Shown: in pieces, positions 1 through 9,656 of the stretch
How the letters are laid out: each line of letters starts with the position of its first letter
Position numbering within the stretch: the first letter of the stretch is position 1
Assembly: GCA_048941385.1 (NCBI GenBank)
Contig: JBHLNR010000001.1
Coordinates: forward strand, 3,715-67,714
Length of the DNA stretch: 64,000 nt
Direction: 5' to 3'
Origin: Promethearchaeota archaeon
Lineage (GTDB): Archaea > Asgardarchaeota > Lokiarchaeia > Sigyniarchaeales > SOKP01
Notes under the pieces: model-generated
The model's input: only the letters and a program-made list of their open reading frames with translations
Told to the model about the DNA's origin: nothing
Databases searched by the model: none
Made by a program: the position numbers and the translations under genes

Positions 1-2
1 AA

Positions 3-1259
3 TATCTACTTCTTGATACTCAAAGTCCAATTTATGTATTCGTAATATCCACTAAAACCATACCATTTGAAGTTCAATGGGATGAGGAAAACATATTTAA
101 ATACAAAAATGTTTTGGGATATTGGACTCAAATTCATGCGGGTCAATGGCCCGATTATAATAAAGATTGGTTTGAAGAAAGAGTGAAAAAAAATTTGTCT
201 AATCGTACTTCTGAATTACATTATATAAAGAGGAATTCTGGATTTATATACATGGTTGAAGGAAACTATGAAACTGAATTTCAATATATAAAAGACTATG
301 TTTTGGAACCAACACCAAGAATAAGAGCTGTGTTATTTGCATTGATGTCGATTAATCATTCTCTTGATGTATTATTCATGAAAAGATATTCTGATGTTTT
401 CATGAGTTTAGATAAAATTGAAGAAAAAACCAAAAATTTGAGATTTCTAAGAGGAATGATTCAGACTAAAATGAGTCTTATTTATAACGAATTAGATAGA
501 AATCCACGTCAACATTACTTAAGTGTCTTAAATCATTTGATAAGCAAATATCAGATTGAGGAGGTTGTAAGAAGAACAAATGATAAATTCAAGATGTTAT
601 ATGATTCGATGCAGGAATTATATTTAAAAAGAAGTGAGGAAAATCAAAAAAGAACTAAAAAAGCTCTCTATTTCCTTAATATCTTATTAGGCGCAGGATT
701 TATAGTAGAATTTGTTAATACGATAAGAATTGCTTTTGGCTTGTTAGAAACTGATCAACCATCACCAATAATTCACGGAGTAATTTCAATAGTTTTAGGA
801 ACATTCTTATTAATTACTATTGGATATTTCGTATATAGTAAATATAAGTTAAAAGTTTCAGAATTAGGACATACTGTTGATGCAGTTATTCAGACTGATG
901 ATCAAAATATAATATTAGTTAAAAGAAAATACGCTCCTTACAAAGATAAATTTGCACTTCCCGGTGGATTTATAAAATACAATGAAGATCCAGAACAAGC
1001 AGTAATCAGAGAAGTGAGAGAAGAGACGAATCTGGTTGTGGAGATCTTAGATAGGATTGGGACATATGATCAAAAAGGTCGAGATCCAAGGGGGAGAGTT
1101 GTATCAATTGCATTTAAATGCAAGCTGATAAAAAACCTTTCAAGAATAAAAGGAGGAGATGATGCGATTGTTGCTGAAGCTATTCCAATTGAAAAAATCA
1201 AAAGGATGGATTTAGCTTTCGATCATAAGCAAATATTAAGAGATGCTGGTGTTTTTTAA
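3..1259 (+). CDS. 5'-truncated fusion protein: CorA-like helical domain + 2 TM helices + C-terminal Nudix hydrolase
   Basis: The frame is open from base 3 (YLLLDTQSPIYVF...), so the gene starts left of the window. Two hydrophobic segments (ALYFLNILLGAGFIVEFV; IIHGVISIVLGTFLLITIGYFVY) are followed by a Nudix box, GGFIKYNEDPEQAVIREVREETNL, and the GRDPRGRVVS and LAFDH motifs. Confidence 0.8.
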   Translation, partial: YLLLDTQSPIYVFVISTKTIPFEVQWDEENIFKYKNVLGYWTQIHAGQWPDYNKDWFEERVKKNLSNRTSELHYIKRNSGFIYMVEGNYETEFQYIKDYVLEPTPRIRAVLFALMSINHSLDVLFMKRYSDVFMSLDKIEEKTKNLRFLRGMIQTKMSLIYNELDRNPRQHYLSVLNHLISKYQIEEVVRRTNDKFKMLYDSMQELYLKRSEENQKRTKKALYFLNILLGAGFIVEFVNTIRIAFGLLETDQPSPIIHGVISIVLGTFLLITIGYFVYSKYKLKVSELGHTVDAVIQTDDQNIILVKRKYAPYKDKFALPGGFIKYNEDPEQAVIREVREETNLVVEILDRIGTYDQKGRDPRGRVVSIAFKCKLIKNLSRIKGGDDAIVAEAIPIEKIKRMDLAFDHKQILRDAGVF

Positions 1260-1422
1260 AATATCCTAATAATTTTATTTTTTCTTTAATAAATTAATAT
1301 TATCACTTGATGAAATTCATAAGATTTTAGAAAATCAAGGAGATAAAATTTTATAAAGTATCAAGACAATTTTTCTATAATGAAATTCAATTTAATATAA
1401 ATAAATAAATGGTCAATTTAAA

Positions 1423-1839
1423 ATGAGTGAAAGTAAAGTAAAAGGATCGAGTGGACTTTTTAATATTTTACTATTTGTTCTAGGATTAGTATTTATTTTC
1501 AAAGGAATACTGGAATTTCTGCCTAATATAGATGTATTGCCTCCTGAAGATTGGGATCCTGCTCTTGGTACAGGACAGTGGCTTCTTTCCGTAGTACTGG
1601 GCATTTGGTGTGTGATAGCTGGAATTGGATTGTTTAAAGCAGCAGAATGGGCAATGGGACAAAGCTTAATACTTCTCAGCTTAATGGTGGTAGTTACAAT
1701 TAGTCAGATATTAAGTTGGGTTATGCATCCAGAACAACTTGATTGGACATATTTCCCTAATTATATCATTCTTCTTGCATTTTTCTTAGGCGTATTTGGT
1801 ATAGTTTGGTTGTTAGCAACACGCAAGAGATATGGTTAA
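1423..1839 (+). CDS. Small integral membrane protein (about 4 TM)
   Basis: 138 aa with four hydrophobic stretches and a basic C-terminus (RKRYG). Confidence 0.75.
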   Translation: MSESKVKGSSGLFNILLFVLGLVFIFKGILEFLPNIDVLPPEDWDPALGTGQWLLSVVLGIWCVIAGIGLFKAAEWAMGQSLILLSLMVVVTISQILSWVMHPEQLDWTYFPNYIILLAFFLGVFGIVWLLATRKRYG

Positions 1840-2107
1840 ACTCAAAAGAAGATGATATGAAATCAAATTCTAGAACTTTATTTTTTCTTTATATCCTTAT
1901 TTTGAATTTAAAGATGTGATGTATTTAGAAAATTTATTTACCTTAACTTTTTTTTAAAAATGGAATTTAAACTAATAATTTCTAAAACCTTTTTGAGCTC
2001 TTACTATCTTGTCCAACACTCGTTTGTTAATAATATTTATATTAAAAATTACCTTATAAAGATCTGACGAAATTGTAAATTCAATGGAATATGATGAGTG
2101 ATTCATT

Positions 2108-5100
2108 ATGCAAATTGAAATTCAGAAGAAGAAAGCAAAGGATAGTTTTGAATTCCCTCAACACTTATACCCTAAAAGGAAAGGTCTTGCAAGAGCTTTT
2201 CATATGCCTCAAAGTTTTGGTCATACCAGAAATGTAAATTCAGTTGCCATAACTCATAAAGGAGATTATATAATAAGTGGTTCAGCGGATAAAACTTTAA
2301 AGATTTGGGATTTCTCTACAGGAAACTTATTACGTACTATTGAAGCTCATAATCAATCAATTCTTTCAGTGGCAGTGTCTTTGGATGATAATTATATTTT
2401 TAGTGGATCAACTGACAATGTAGTTAAGATTTGGGGTTTAAGACGAGGGAATTTCATTAATGATTTGAAGGAACACACTGATGCAGTTACGTCTCTAGTC
2501 GTACCACCAGGGGGAAAAAATGTTATTAGTGGTTCCAAGGATGGATATGCCATTTTATGGGATGTCTTAGGAGGAAAATTTATACATAAATTTAAACATA
2601 AAAGTGGTGTCTCCGCTCTTGCTTTAACTGATGGAGGAATATCTTTATTATGTGGAACAGAGAAGGGAGATATCATTATGTGGGATTTGGAGAAAAATAA
2701 GTTCCAGACCATCAAGGCACATTCTGGAGCAATTACATCAATATCAATTTCTCCTAACGATGAGTATATGGTTACTGCGTCTGATGATAAAACTATAAAT
2801 TTATGGGATTTAAAGAAACTTAAGACAATAAATGTCCTTGAAGATCATTCTGGAGTTGTTAGATCCACAGCAATATCTCCTAATGGAACTTTAATCGTGA
2901 GTGGTTCTGACGATAAAACCATTAAATTTTGGAATATACTTACAGGAGAAGTAATTAGAACCTTAAGAGGTTATACTGAGGAAGTTTTGTCGATTGTTTT
3001 TTCTCGAGATGGTAAATACATAATAACCGGCTCTTCAGATAATAATTTAATGGTCTGGGAGTTTGATCAAGGGAAATTAGAACAAACAATGACTGCTCAT
3101 GGGGATGGAATAAATTCAGTGACAATATCTCCGAATGGTGATATTATTGGTACCGCATCAGAGGATAAAACACTTAAACTATGGGATTTTAAAAGTCTGA
3201 AACTAATAATATCATTTACCGATTATAAAAAGCCGATTAATACAATTGCATTTTCTCCTGATGGTAACTATATTTTTAGCAGTTCATTAGATAAGAGGGT
3301 GATTGTTTGGGATATTAAAAGCTCTAAAGCTTTAGCAATTCTAGATAAAATAGGAGGTATAGTACATTCAGCAGAATTTACTCCAGATAGTAAACAAATA
3401 ATAATGGGCTTAAATAATGATACCCTAAAAATCTGGGACCTTTGGAGTAAAGATTTTATATGGGAATCAAAAGATCACAAGGGTCAGATCAACGCAATCA
3501 AATTTACACCAAATGGCAGATATCTTGTAACTGGAGCTGAAGATAAACATATAAAAATCTGGGATTATTCGTCTAAAGAGATAATTAAAGATCTTAAAGG
3601 ACACAAAGGAAAAGTATTATCAGTTGCAATATCTTCTAAAGGAGATTATATAATTAGTGGGGGAGATGATAAATCTATAAAAATCTGGGATTTCTATACT
3701 GGCGATGAAATCAGCAATATTGAAGGGCATTCAGATTATGTATCATCAGTCGCCTATTCTCCATTAGGGAATTGTTTTATAAGCAGTTCAGGTGATAAAA
3801 CTCTTAAAGTATGGGATAATAAAAACGAACTTATCCAAACATTTGAGGGTCATACAAAGGAAGTGTCTTCTATTGCAATCACTCCAGATGGTAAGTATGC
3901 CATTAGTGGCTCCCAAGATGGTTGCTTAAAGATTTGGGGTCTCAATTTTGGAGGTGTGTTTAAATATATTAGAGGTCACTCAGATAACGTGAATTCAGTA
4001 GCTGTATCTTCAGATGGTAAATATGCTGTTAGTGGTTTATCAAATAAGTCTTTGATCGTTTGGGATCTTTCTGATGGGACCTTAATTAAAACTCTAAAGG
4101 GGCACAATGATATAATTAGTTCAGTAGTATTTTCACCTGGGGGAAAATATGTAGCTAGTGCGTCCTATGACAACACTTTAAAAATATGGTTAATTGAAAG
4201 TGGTGAAACAATGTTGACACTTGCAGGGCATGATGATGCAGTAACTTCAGTTGCAGCTTCATCTGATAAAAAATATATAGTTAGTGGTTCAAAAGATAAT
4301 AATATTATAATTTGGGGATCAACGACAGGTACAATAATTAAAAAGTTAAAAGGGCATTCAAAGTCTATCACATCGTTAGATATTTCAGAATATGGAGAAT
4401 TTATTGTAAGTGGTTCAGAAGATAAGACAGTTAAATTATGGGGCATGAAAAAAGGTAAGCTTATTAATACTTTTGAAGGCCATGAGGGAAGTGTAACATC
4501 AGTTGCATTTTCCCCTGATGGACAATTTATAGCAAGTGGTTCTGAGGATCAAACTGTTAAAATATGGAAGGTCGAAACTGGTGAACTAGATTACACTTTT
4601 GATAAAATAAATAGTCCTGTAACATCTGTTGCATTTTCTTCTGATGGATTATACATTGCCTGTGGTACGGAAAATAATATTATTAGAGTATGGGATTTCA
4701 TAGAAAAACATCAAACTTCTTATTATTATTTAGCAAAGGTAAATTCTGCAAAATTTATTCCTGGTAAAACGCAAATAATAGCGGGTTATAATTCAGGTGA
4801 TGTATTAATCTGGGATTTATTAACAGAAGAAAAAGAAGAATTACTAAAAGATCTTAAATCTAGACTATCAAATGTAGAGGAGTTAATTGGAAAAAATGAA
4901 TATTCAGAAGCAATTGAGCAGTTAAACTATATTTTAGAATCCGCTGAGATTTTTAACTTTGAAGAAATAAAATCAATCGCCTTCGAAAAGTTAAAGAATT
5001 TAAGAGATCCTGAAGAAATACATGAAATTGTTAAGAAAATACTAGAATTTGAGCATGAAAATCAGAGAGATATAACTAAAGCAGAAATGGTTAACCAACT

Positions 5101-5770
5101 TAATATTGAAATTTCAGAAACAGAATATTATGATAACCTATTAAAGGAACCTGTAGTATATGAAGAAACTGAAATTGCTGAATTAGAAAAATTAGGTACA
5201 AGAATTCTTAAGGAATCAATTGAACCCACTTTATATTATTTAGTTGTTGAATTAGGATATAAATTGAAAACAGCAAAAAAAATTGGAAAATTCCTCCAGG
5301 ATCAAGGATTTATTTCACATTTTATGGATTATCCTTTAAAAGAAAGAAAATTTGAACCAGGTAAGAAATTAGAGGATTTGGTAATTTTTATCAGTTATGC
5401 GACAGTGGATGCTGATATGTTTAGAATAAAGGAATTAACACAGAGATTATTAGAATATGGTGAAATTAAGGAGGTTTTATACTGGCAAAAAGATATGAGG
5501 GATAATATAGTTAAATTTATGAGCGATAATCTTGGAAAATGTAATGCTGTGATCCTATTTTGTTCTGAAAATGCCTTAAAGTCTGAAGCTGTTGACAAGG
5601 AATGGACTGCAGCAGATATGATGAATAAAATGATCATTCCTGTATTCGTAGACCCTGCACATATACCTCCCCTTCTTAAATCAAGGTTAGGGCATCAGTT
5701 TGATTTAATTAATTTCGAGAAAAATGTTGTTGAACTTTATAATTTAATAATAAAAAAATGTAGAGAATAA
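2108..5770 (+). CDS. WD40-repeat protein (21 repeats) with helical linker and C-terminal TIR domain
   Basis: I counted 21 GH..WD-type repeats. The C-terminal IFISYA...AVILFCSENALKSEAVDKEW...IIPVF is a TIR_2-type pattern with the conserved Glu. Confidence 0.92.
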   Translation: MQIEIQKKKAKDSFEFPQHLYPKRKGLARAFHMPQSFGHTRNVNSVAITHKGDYIISGSADKTLKIWDFSTGNLLRTIEAHNQSILSVAVSLDDNYIFSGSTDNVVKIWGLRRGNFINDLKEHTDAVTSLVVPPGGKNVISGSKDGYAILWDVLGGKFIHKFKHKSGVSALALTDGGISLLCGTEKGDIIMWDLEKNKFQTIKAHSGAITSISISPNDEYMVTASDDKTINLWDLKKLKTINVLEDHSGVVRSTAISPNGTLIVSGSDDKTIKFWNILTGEVIRTLRGYTEEVLSIVFSRDGKYIITGSSDNNLMVWEFDQGKLEQTMTAHGDGINSVTISPNGDIIGTASEDKTLKLWDFKSLKLIISFTDYKKPINTIAFSPDGNYIFSSSLDKRVIVWDIKSSKALAILDKIGGIVHSAEFTPDSKQIIMGLNNDTLKIWDLWSKDFIWESKDHKGQINAIKFTPNGRYLVTGAEDKHIKIWDYSSKEIIKDLKGHKGKVLSVAISSKGDYIISGGDDKSIKIWDFYTGDEISNIEGHSDYVSSVAYSPLGNCFISSSGDKTLKVWDNKNELIQTFEGHTKEVSSIAITPDGKYAISGSQDGCLKIWGLNFGGVFKYIRGHSDNVNSVAVSSDGKYAVSGLSNKSLIVWDLSDGTLIKTLKGHNDIISSVVFSPGGKYVASASYDNTLKIWLIESGETMLTLAGHDDAVTSVAASSDKKYIVSGSKDNNIIIWGSTTGTIIKKLKGHSKSITSLDISEYGEFIVSGSEDKTVKLWGMKKGKLINTFEGHEGSVTSVAFSPDGQFIASGSEDQTVKIWKVETGELDYTFDKINSPVTSVAFSSDGLYIACGTENNIIRVWDFIEKHQTSYYYLAKVNSAKFIPGKTQIIAGYNSGDVLIWDLLTEEKEELLKDLKSRLSNVEELIGKNEYSEAIEQLNYILESAEIFNFEEIKSIAFEKLKNLRDPEEIHEIVKKILEFEHENQRDITKAEMVNQLNIEISETEYYDNLLKEPVVYEETEIAELEKLGTRILKESIEPTLYYLVVELGYKLKTAKKIGKFLQDQGFISHFMDYPLKERKFEPGKKLEDLVIFISYATVDADMFRIKELTQRLLEYGEIKEVLYWQKDMRDNIVKFMSDNLGKCNAVILFCSENALKSEAVDKEWTAADMMNKMIIPVFVDPAHIPPLLKSRLGHQFDLINFEKNVVELYNLIIKKCRE
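2219..4817 (+). repeat. 21 tandem WD40 coding repeats (about 126 bp period, diverged at DNA level)
   Basis: Recurring H-x3-V-x-S-V-A-x-S-x-D-G-x-Y-I-x-S-G-S-x-D-x-T-x-K-I-W unit. Confidence 0.85.
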
Positions 5771-5918
5771 TCATCAAATCAAATTGGAGGTTATTCTTTT
5801 TTTGTATTTTTACAAAAATTTTTTTTTAAAATAAATAATTTTTCGAAATTATAAGCATTGAATTTATTTTTATTAAAGCCTTATAAGCATATAATTACCC
5901 TAATTCAAGTTTATAAAG

Positions 5919-6863
5919 ATGACTCTTAGCCAAGAACAAAAAGAAATCTTGAAATTAAAAAGACAAAATGATGTTATAATTTTAGCTCACTACTATCAAC
6001 CAATTGAGATTCAAGAAATTGCAGATCATTTAGGAGACTCACTAGGATTATCTCGAACAGCTAAAGAAAAGGCAAACACAGATTATATTATCTTTGCGGG
6101 AGTTGATTTTATGGCTGAAACTGCATCAATTATAAACCAAGATAAACATATCTTAATTCCGAATTATGAATCATGTTGTCCAATGGCAGCTTTTCTTACC
6201 CCAGAAATGGTTAGAGATTTCAAAAAAAGAAATCCGGAATTACCTGTAGTTGTATATGTCAATTCTACCGCTGCAGTAAAAGCAGAATCCGATATTTGTT
6301 GTACGTCCTCAAATGCGGTGAAAATAACCAAGTGGATAAGTAATGAATTTAATGTGCGAGAAGTTTTATTTGGTCCTGATGCGAATTTAGCAGATTATAC
6401 TGAACAAATGTCAAAAATAAAGACTATAAAAATGCCAGAAAAAGGACACTGCTATGTTCACTCTCAAATAACTGTTGAAGATATAAAATTTGTAAGAGAA
6501 CGTTATCCTAAAGCGAAACTCCTTGTTCATCCTGAATGTGTTAGAGATGTAAGAGAATTGGCAGATTTTGTTGGATCAACGGCAAAAATGTATAATTATG
6601 TTAAAAATAGTTCTAATGAAGAAACAGAATTTATTATCGGAACTGAGGAGGGATTAGTAGAACGTATGGCTCAGGATTTTCAAGATAAAAAGTTTTACTT
6701 AGCTAAAGATAAGCTAATCTGTTATAATATGAAAAAGCATAATCTCGAATTGATAAAGTATTTACTAGAAAATTTAGATGATAAGACCTTTGAGGTTAAG
6801 GTTCCTTCTGAAATTGCAAAGCGTGCTATAAAACCAATTGAGAAAATGTTGGATTATTCATGA
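5919..6863 (+). CDS. nadA: Quinolinate synthase
   Basis: ILAHYYQ, GDSLGLS, FMAETA, CPMA, YVNSTAAVKA, CTSSNA, CYVH, HPEC and GST motifs. Confidence 0.95.
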   Translation: MTLSQEQKEILKLKRQNDVIILAHYYQPIEIQEIADHLGDSLGLSRTAKEKANTDYIIFAGVDFMAETASIINQDKHILIPNYESCCPMAAFLTPEMVRDFKKRNPELPVVVYVNSTAAVKAESDICCTSSNAVKITKWISNEFNVREVLFGPDANLADYTEQMSKIKTIKMPEKGHCYVHSQITVEDIKFVRERYPKAKLLVHPECVRDVRELADFVGSTAKMYNYVKNSSNEETEFIIGTEEGLVERMAQDFQDKKFYLAKDKLICYNMKKHNLELIKYLLENLDDKTFEVKVPSEIAKRAIKPIEKMLDYS

Positions 6864-6907
6864 TAAGAAAAAAAACGTTAATAATTAGCTATTAGGATTG
6901 TATTAAT

Positions 6908-8032
6908 TTAAAATAAAAAGTTTAATCTTCTTCTTTCAGGGTACTCATTTCTTACTTTAACCATTTTGATTGCGTTATTAGGACAATTCGCAGCACAGAT
7001 TCCACAGCCTACACAAAACTCTTCTCTAATTTTCATTTTTTCATCTGATGAATCCGGTTTACTTGGCCATAAATGATAAATCGCACCATTTTGACATTTT
7101 TCCATACATATTTCGCATTTTGTACAGAGTTCCATATCAAACTCTGGAGAAAAATTGGTGGGAAAAACACCCTTATATTGATATAGTTTTGCGGGAAGAA
7201 GCACTCCACAATGACAACTGCAGCAGTTGCAAATAACTCTTGAGGTCTCTTTTCCGGTATCTGAAACCGTATTATGGATAAGCCCTGCTTTCTCAGTTTC
7301 TTTAATAAATTCAATAGCTTCTTCTTTAGTTAGTCTTCTTGCCTCCCCTTGAGCTATCCTCTCTTCTGCTCTTTCTCCAACAACAAAACAACCCATTTCG
7401 GCGGTTGCTAGTTCACAAGGTTCACCTGTTAATTCACCAATTATTCTACATTGACAAGGTATGACTGCAAAAGACTCATTTTTATCAATCATATCTTTAA
7501 CTACCTCATAAGGAAGAACTTGAGTTTCAACATCAAAAGATTCATTGACTTTAATTAATTTTTCCTCAGAGTCATATGGAAGTAAAGGACGGAATCCTTT
7601 TCGAGCTTTATCAATTGTTTCTAAATCTGGTGTCCTATTCTTAAATATAAATCGAAAGATCTTAGCAACCTTGCGTTTATTTTCCAGTGTATCCTTATTT
7701 TTTATATAGTATAGTTCAAATATACCTGGTAAGAGAGGTAATAATCGATATTCGGAATTAGTTTTTATAATAGTTCCAAGTTTTACTGACCTTTCTAAAA
7801 TTTCTTCTAATTTTTGTTCTGCAATACCAGTTTTTTCTTTTAATTCTTTTAATGAGATCTTTTTACCAACAGGGTTAAATTGGGAAAGAATTTTAATCTC
7901 TTCCTCATTCCAGAAGATCCTCATCAATTTGAATATTTTTTTATGCTTAGGAGCAGTTATTCTACCAATTTGTAGTTTTTGTCTTACAATTTCATAGTTA
8001 TCAACTTCTGTCATAATGTATATGATATTCAT
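6908..8032 (-). CDS. Iron-sulfur protein: N-terminal HTH-like region and 2x[4Fe-4S] ferredoxin domain
   Basis: CQCR, ICNCCSCHCG, CTKCEICMEKC and CVGCGICAANCP motifs. Confidence 0.85.
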   Translation of the reverse strand: MNIIYIMTEVDNYEIVRQKLQIGRITAPKHKKIFKLMRIFWNEEEIKILSQFNPVGKKISLKELKEKTGIAEQKLEEILERSVKLGTIIKTNSEYRLLPLLPGIFELYYIKNKDTLENKRKVAKIFRFIFKNRTPDLETIDKARKGFRPLLPYDSEEKLIKVNESFDVETQVLPYEVVKDMIDKNESFAVIPCQCRIIGELTGEPCELATAEMGCFVVGERAEERIAQGEARRLTKEEAIEFIKETEKAGLIHNTVSDTGKETSRVICNCCSCHCGVLLPAKLYQYKGVFPTNFSPEFDMELCTKCEICMEKCQNGAIYHLWPSKPDSSDEKMKIREEFCVGCGICAANCPNNAIKMVKVRNEYPERRRLNFLF

Positions 8033-8052
8033 TTGTATTTAAAACTTAATAG

Positions 8053-9576
8053 TTACAAGAATTTTGTTATTCTTGTTTGTTTTTTATCATCAAGATACCT
8101 TAAGAACGATAGTATTGGTTTTCCTGAATGGATTGCATGTAAATTGGTTTTTTTCTCAAATTTTTCAATATCACTATAATTAAAGTTACATTTTTTCATA
8201 AGATTCTTTAATTTAAACAACCATTTTACAAAATTCTTATACAATCTACCACTATTGCTTGCTTTTGAGGTATGAGTTTTTTCATAATAGCTAATATCTT
8301 TAATGGAATAATTCGTATAATATCTAAAGTTTTGGCCCATCCAGAAAAATCTTGAAACTGATTTTGAAAACTTATTAATTCTACATCCCGTTAATTTCAC
8401 GGTTTTTAGCATTGGTAAACTATTAAGAAAGTCCGGAATCTCCTCAATATTAATATTTCCTGAAAGATCCAGAAGTTCTAGGTTAATCAAATTTTCCATA
8501 CCTTCAATTTTTTCAAGGTAATTGTTTTTTAAATACAATCTCTTCAGATTTTTTAGATTTCCGATCTTAGTTATCTTGTTTATTCGATTATTGCTTAAAT
8601 CTAATTCTTCAATTTCTTCATAATATTCTTCAAATCCTTTAACATTTTCTATATTCTCAATCATCTTGTTTTTTAAATTAATTTTTGAATCTATAATAAG
8701 ACCTATTAATTGTTCATTGTAGGTTATAATCTTAAGATCAAGATTATAAAAATTGATTTGGGCTTTACTTAAAAATTTTAGAATAGGGAAGCTTCTTACA
8801 CTCTTGTATTTACTATATATAATGTTGACGAATTCTTGTCTTTTTTTATCAGGTATCTTTTCAATTGCTTTCAATAAGATTAAATATTTATATTTGAATC
8901 GAAATCTATTTATGAAAGACGAAGTCTGTTGTTTGATAATATTTATAGATTCAGGATCATGAGTCTTCTCAAGCATTGGAATGACCTTTCTGCAGTATTC
9001 ATCAATACTTGGAAAGTTTATATCTAATAACATGCTCTCGAATTCATCTTCTGTTAGATAATGCAGATAACCATTTTGAGTTAGAAATCGAATAACTGTA
9101 GGGTGACCTGTTGCATATCTTAAAGCAATTTCTTCTTTGAATTTTCGTTTAGCAATAGGATCTCCTGCATCAACAAGCGCTTTCAACAAAGGAAATGCTA
9201 AATTACGATGAAGAATTCTTGTATCATAATTGTTCTCTGCCCATGTTTGAATATTAGAACAATGTCCCCAAAATTCTGTTTCTGGAGGGACTTTACTATG
9301 ATTCCTTTCCATAGATCGATTAAGTTTGACAACAGCTTCATCAATTGATTCAATTTCATCATAATCTTCAATTTTATCGACAGAGATATTGAGCAACAAA
9401 TACATGCATTGCATAAATCTCCGATTATTTACATAAATATTAGTTCTTCCTCCTTCAAGTTTTAATTTAAGGTATTGGTTAACTTTAAATTCTTTTTTAG
9501 GGGGAAGGTGTCTAATTGCTATGAAATAAATGACTAACGGGACAATGAGCATCCCAATTAATTGAGATTTAAGCAT
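8053..9576 (-). CDS. Leucine-rich repeat protein with an N-terminal EFWGHCSN domain
   Basis: LxxLxLxxN repeats (IEELDLSNNRI, LKRLYLKNNYL, LELLDLSGN), an N-terminal hydrophobic anchor, and an EFWGHCSNIQTW...AFPLLK block. Confidence 0.85.
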   Translation of the reverse strand: MLKSQLIGMLIVPLVIYFIAIRHLPPKKEFKVNQYLKLKLEGGRTNIYVNNRRFMQCMYLLLNISVDKIEDYDEIESIDEAVVKLNRSMERNHSKVPPETEFWGHCSNIQTWAENNYDTRILHRNLAFPLLKALVDAGDPIAKRKFKEEIALRYATGHPTVIRFLTQNGYLHYLTEDEFESMLLDINFPSIDEYCRKVIPMLEKTHDPESINIIKQQTSSFINRFRFKYKYLILLKAIEKIPDKKRQEFVNIIYSKYKSVRSFPILKFLSKAQINFYNLDLKIITYNEQLIGLIIDSKINLKNKMIENIENVKGFEEYYEEIEELDLSNNRINKITKIGNLKNLKRLYLKNNYLEKIEGMENLINLELLDLSGNINIEEIPDFLNSLPMLKTVKLTGCRINKFSKSVSRFFWMGQNFRYYTNYSIKDISYYEKTHTSKASNSGRLYKNFVKWLFKLKNLMKKCNFNYSDIEKFEKKTNLHAIHSGKPILSFLRYLDDKKQTRITKFL

Positions 9577-9656
9577 AAAGTCAAATAGTTTAGGATTTTT
9601 GTATGATTAAAGGTGAGTTTATGTAAAATCCCAATCCTTTTAAAATAGCACACTAG

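Noticed and set aside
2219-4817. WD40 array as a hypervariable or DGR-type repeat locus
   Set aside because: The repeats are well diverged at DNA level, and there is no reverse transcriptase or template/variable repeat pair in the window.
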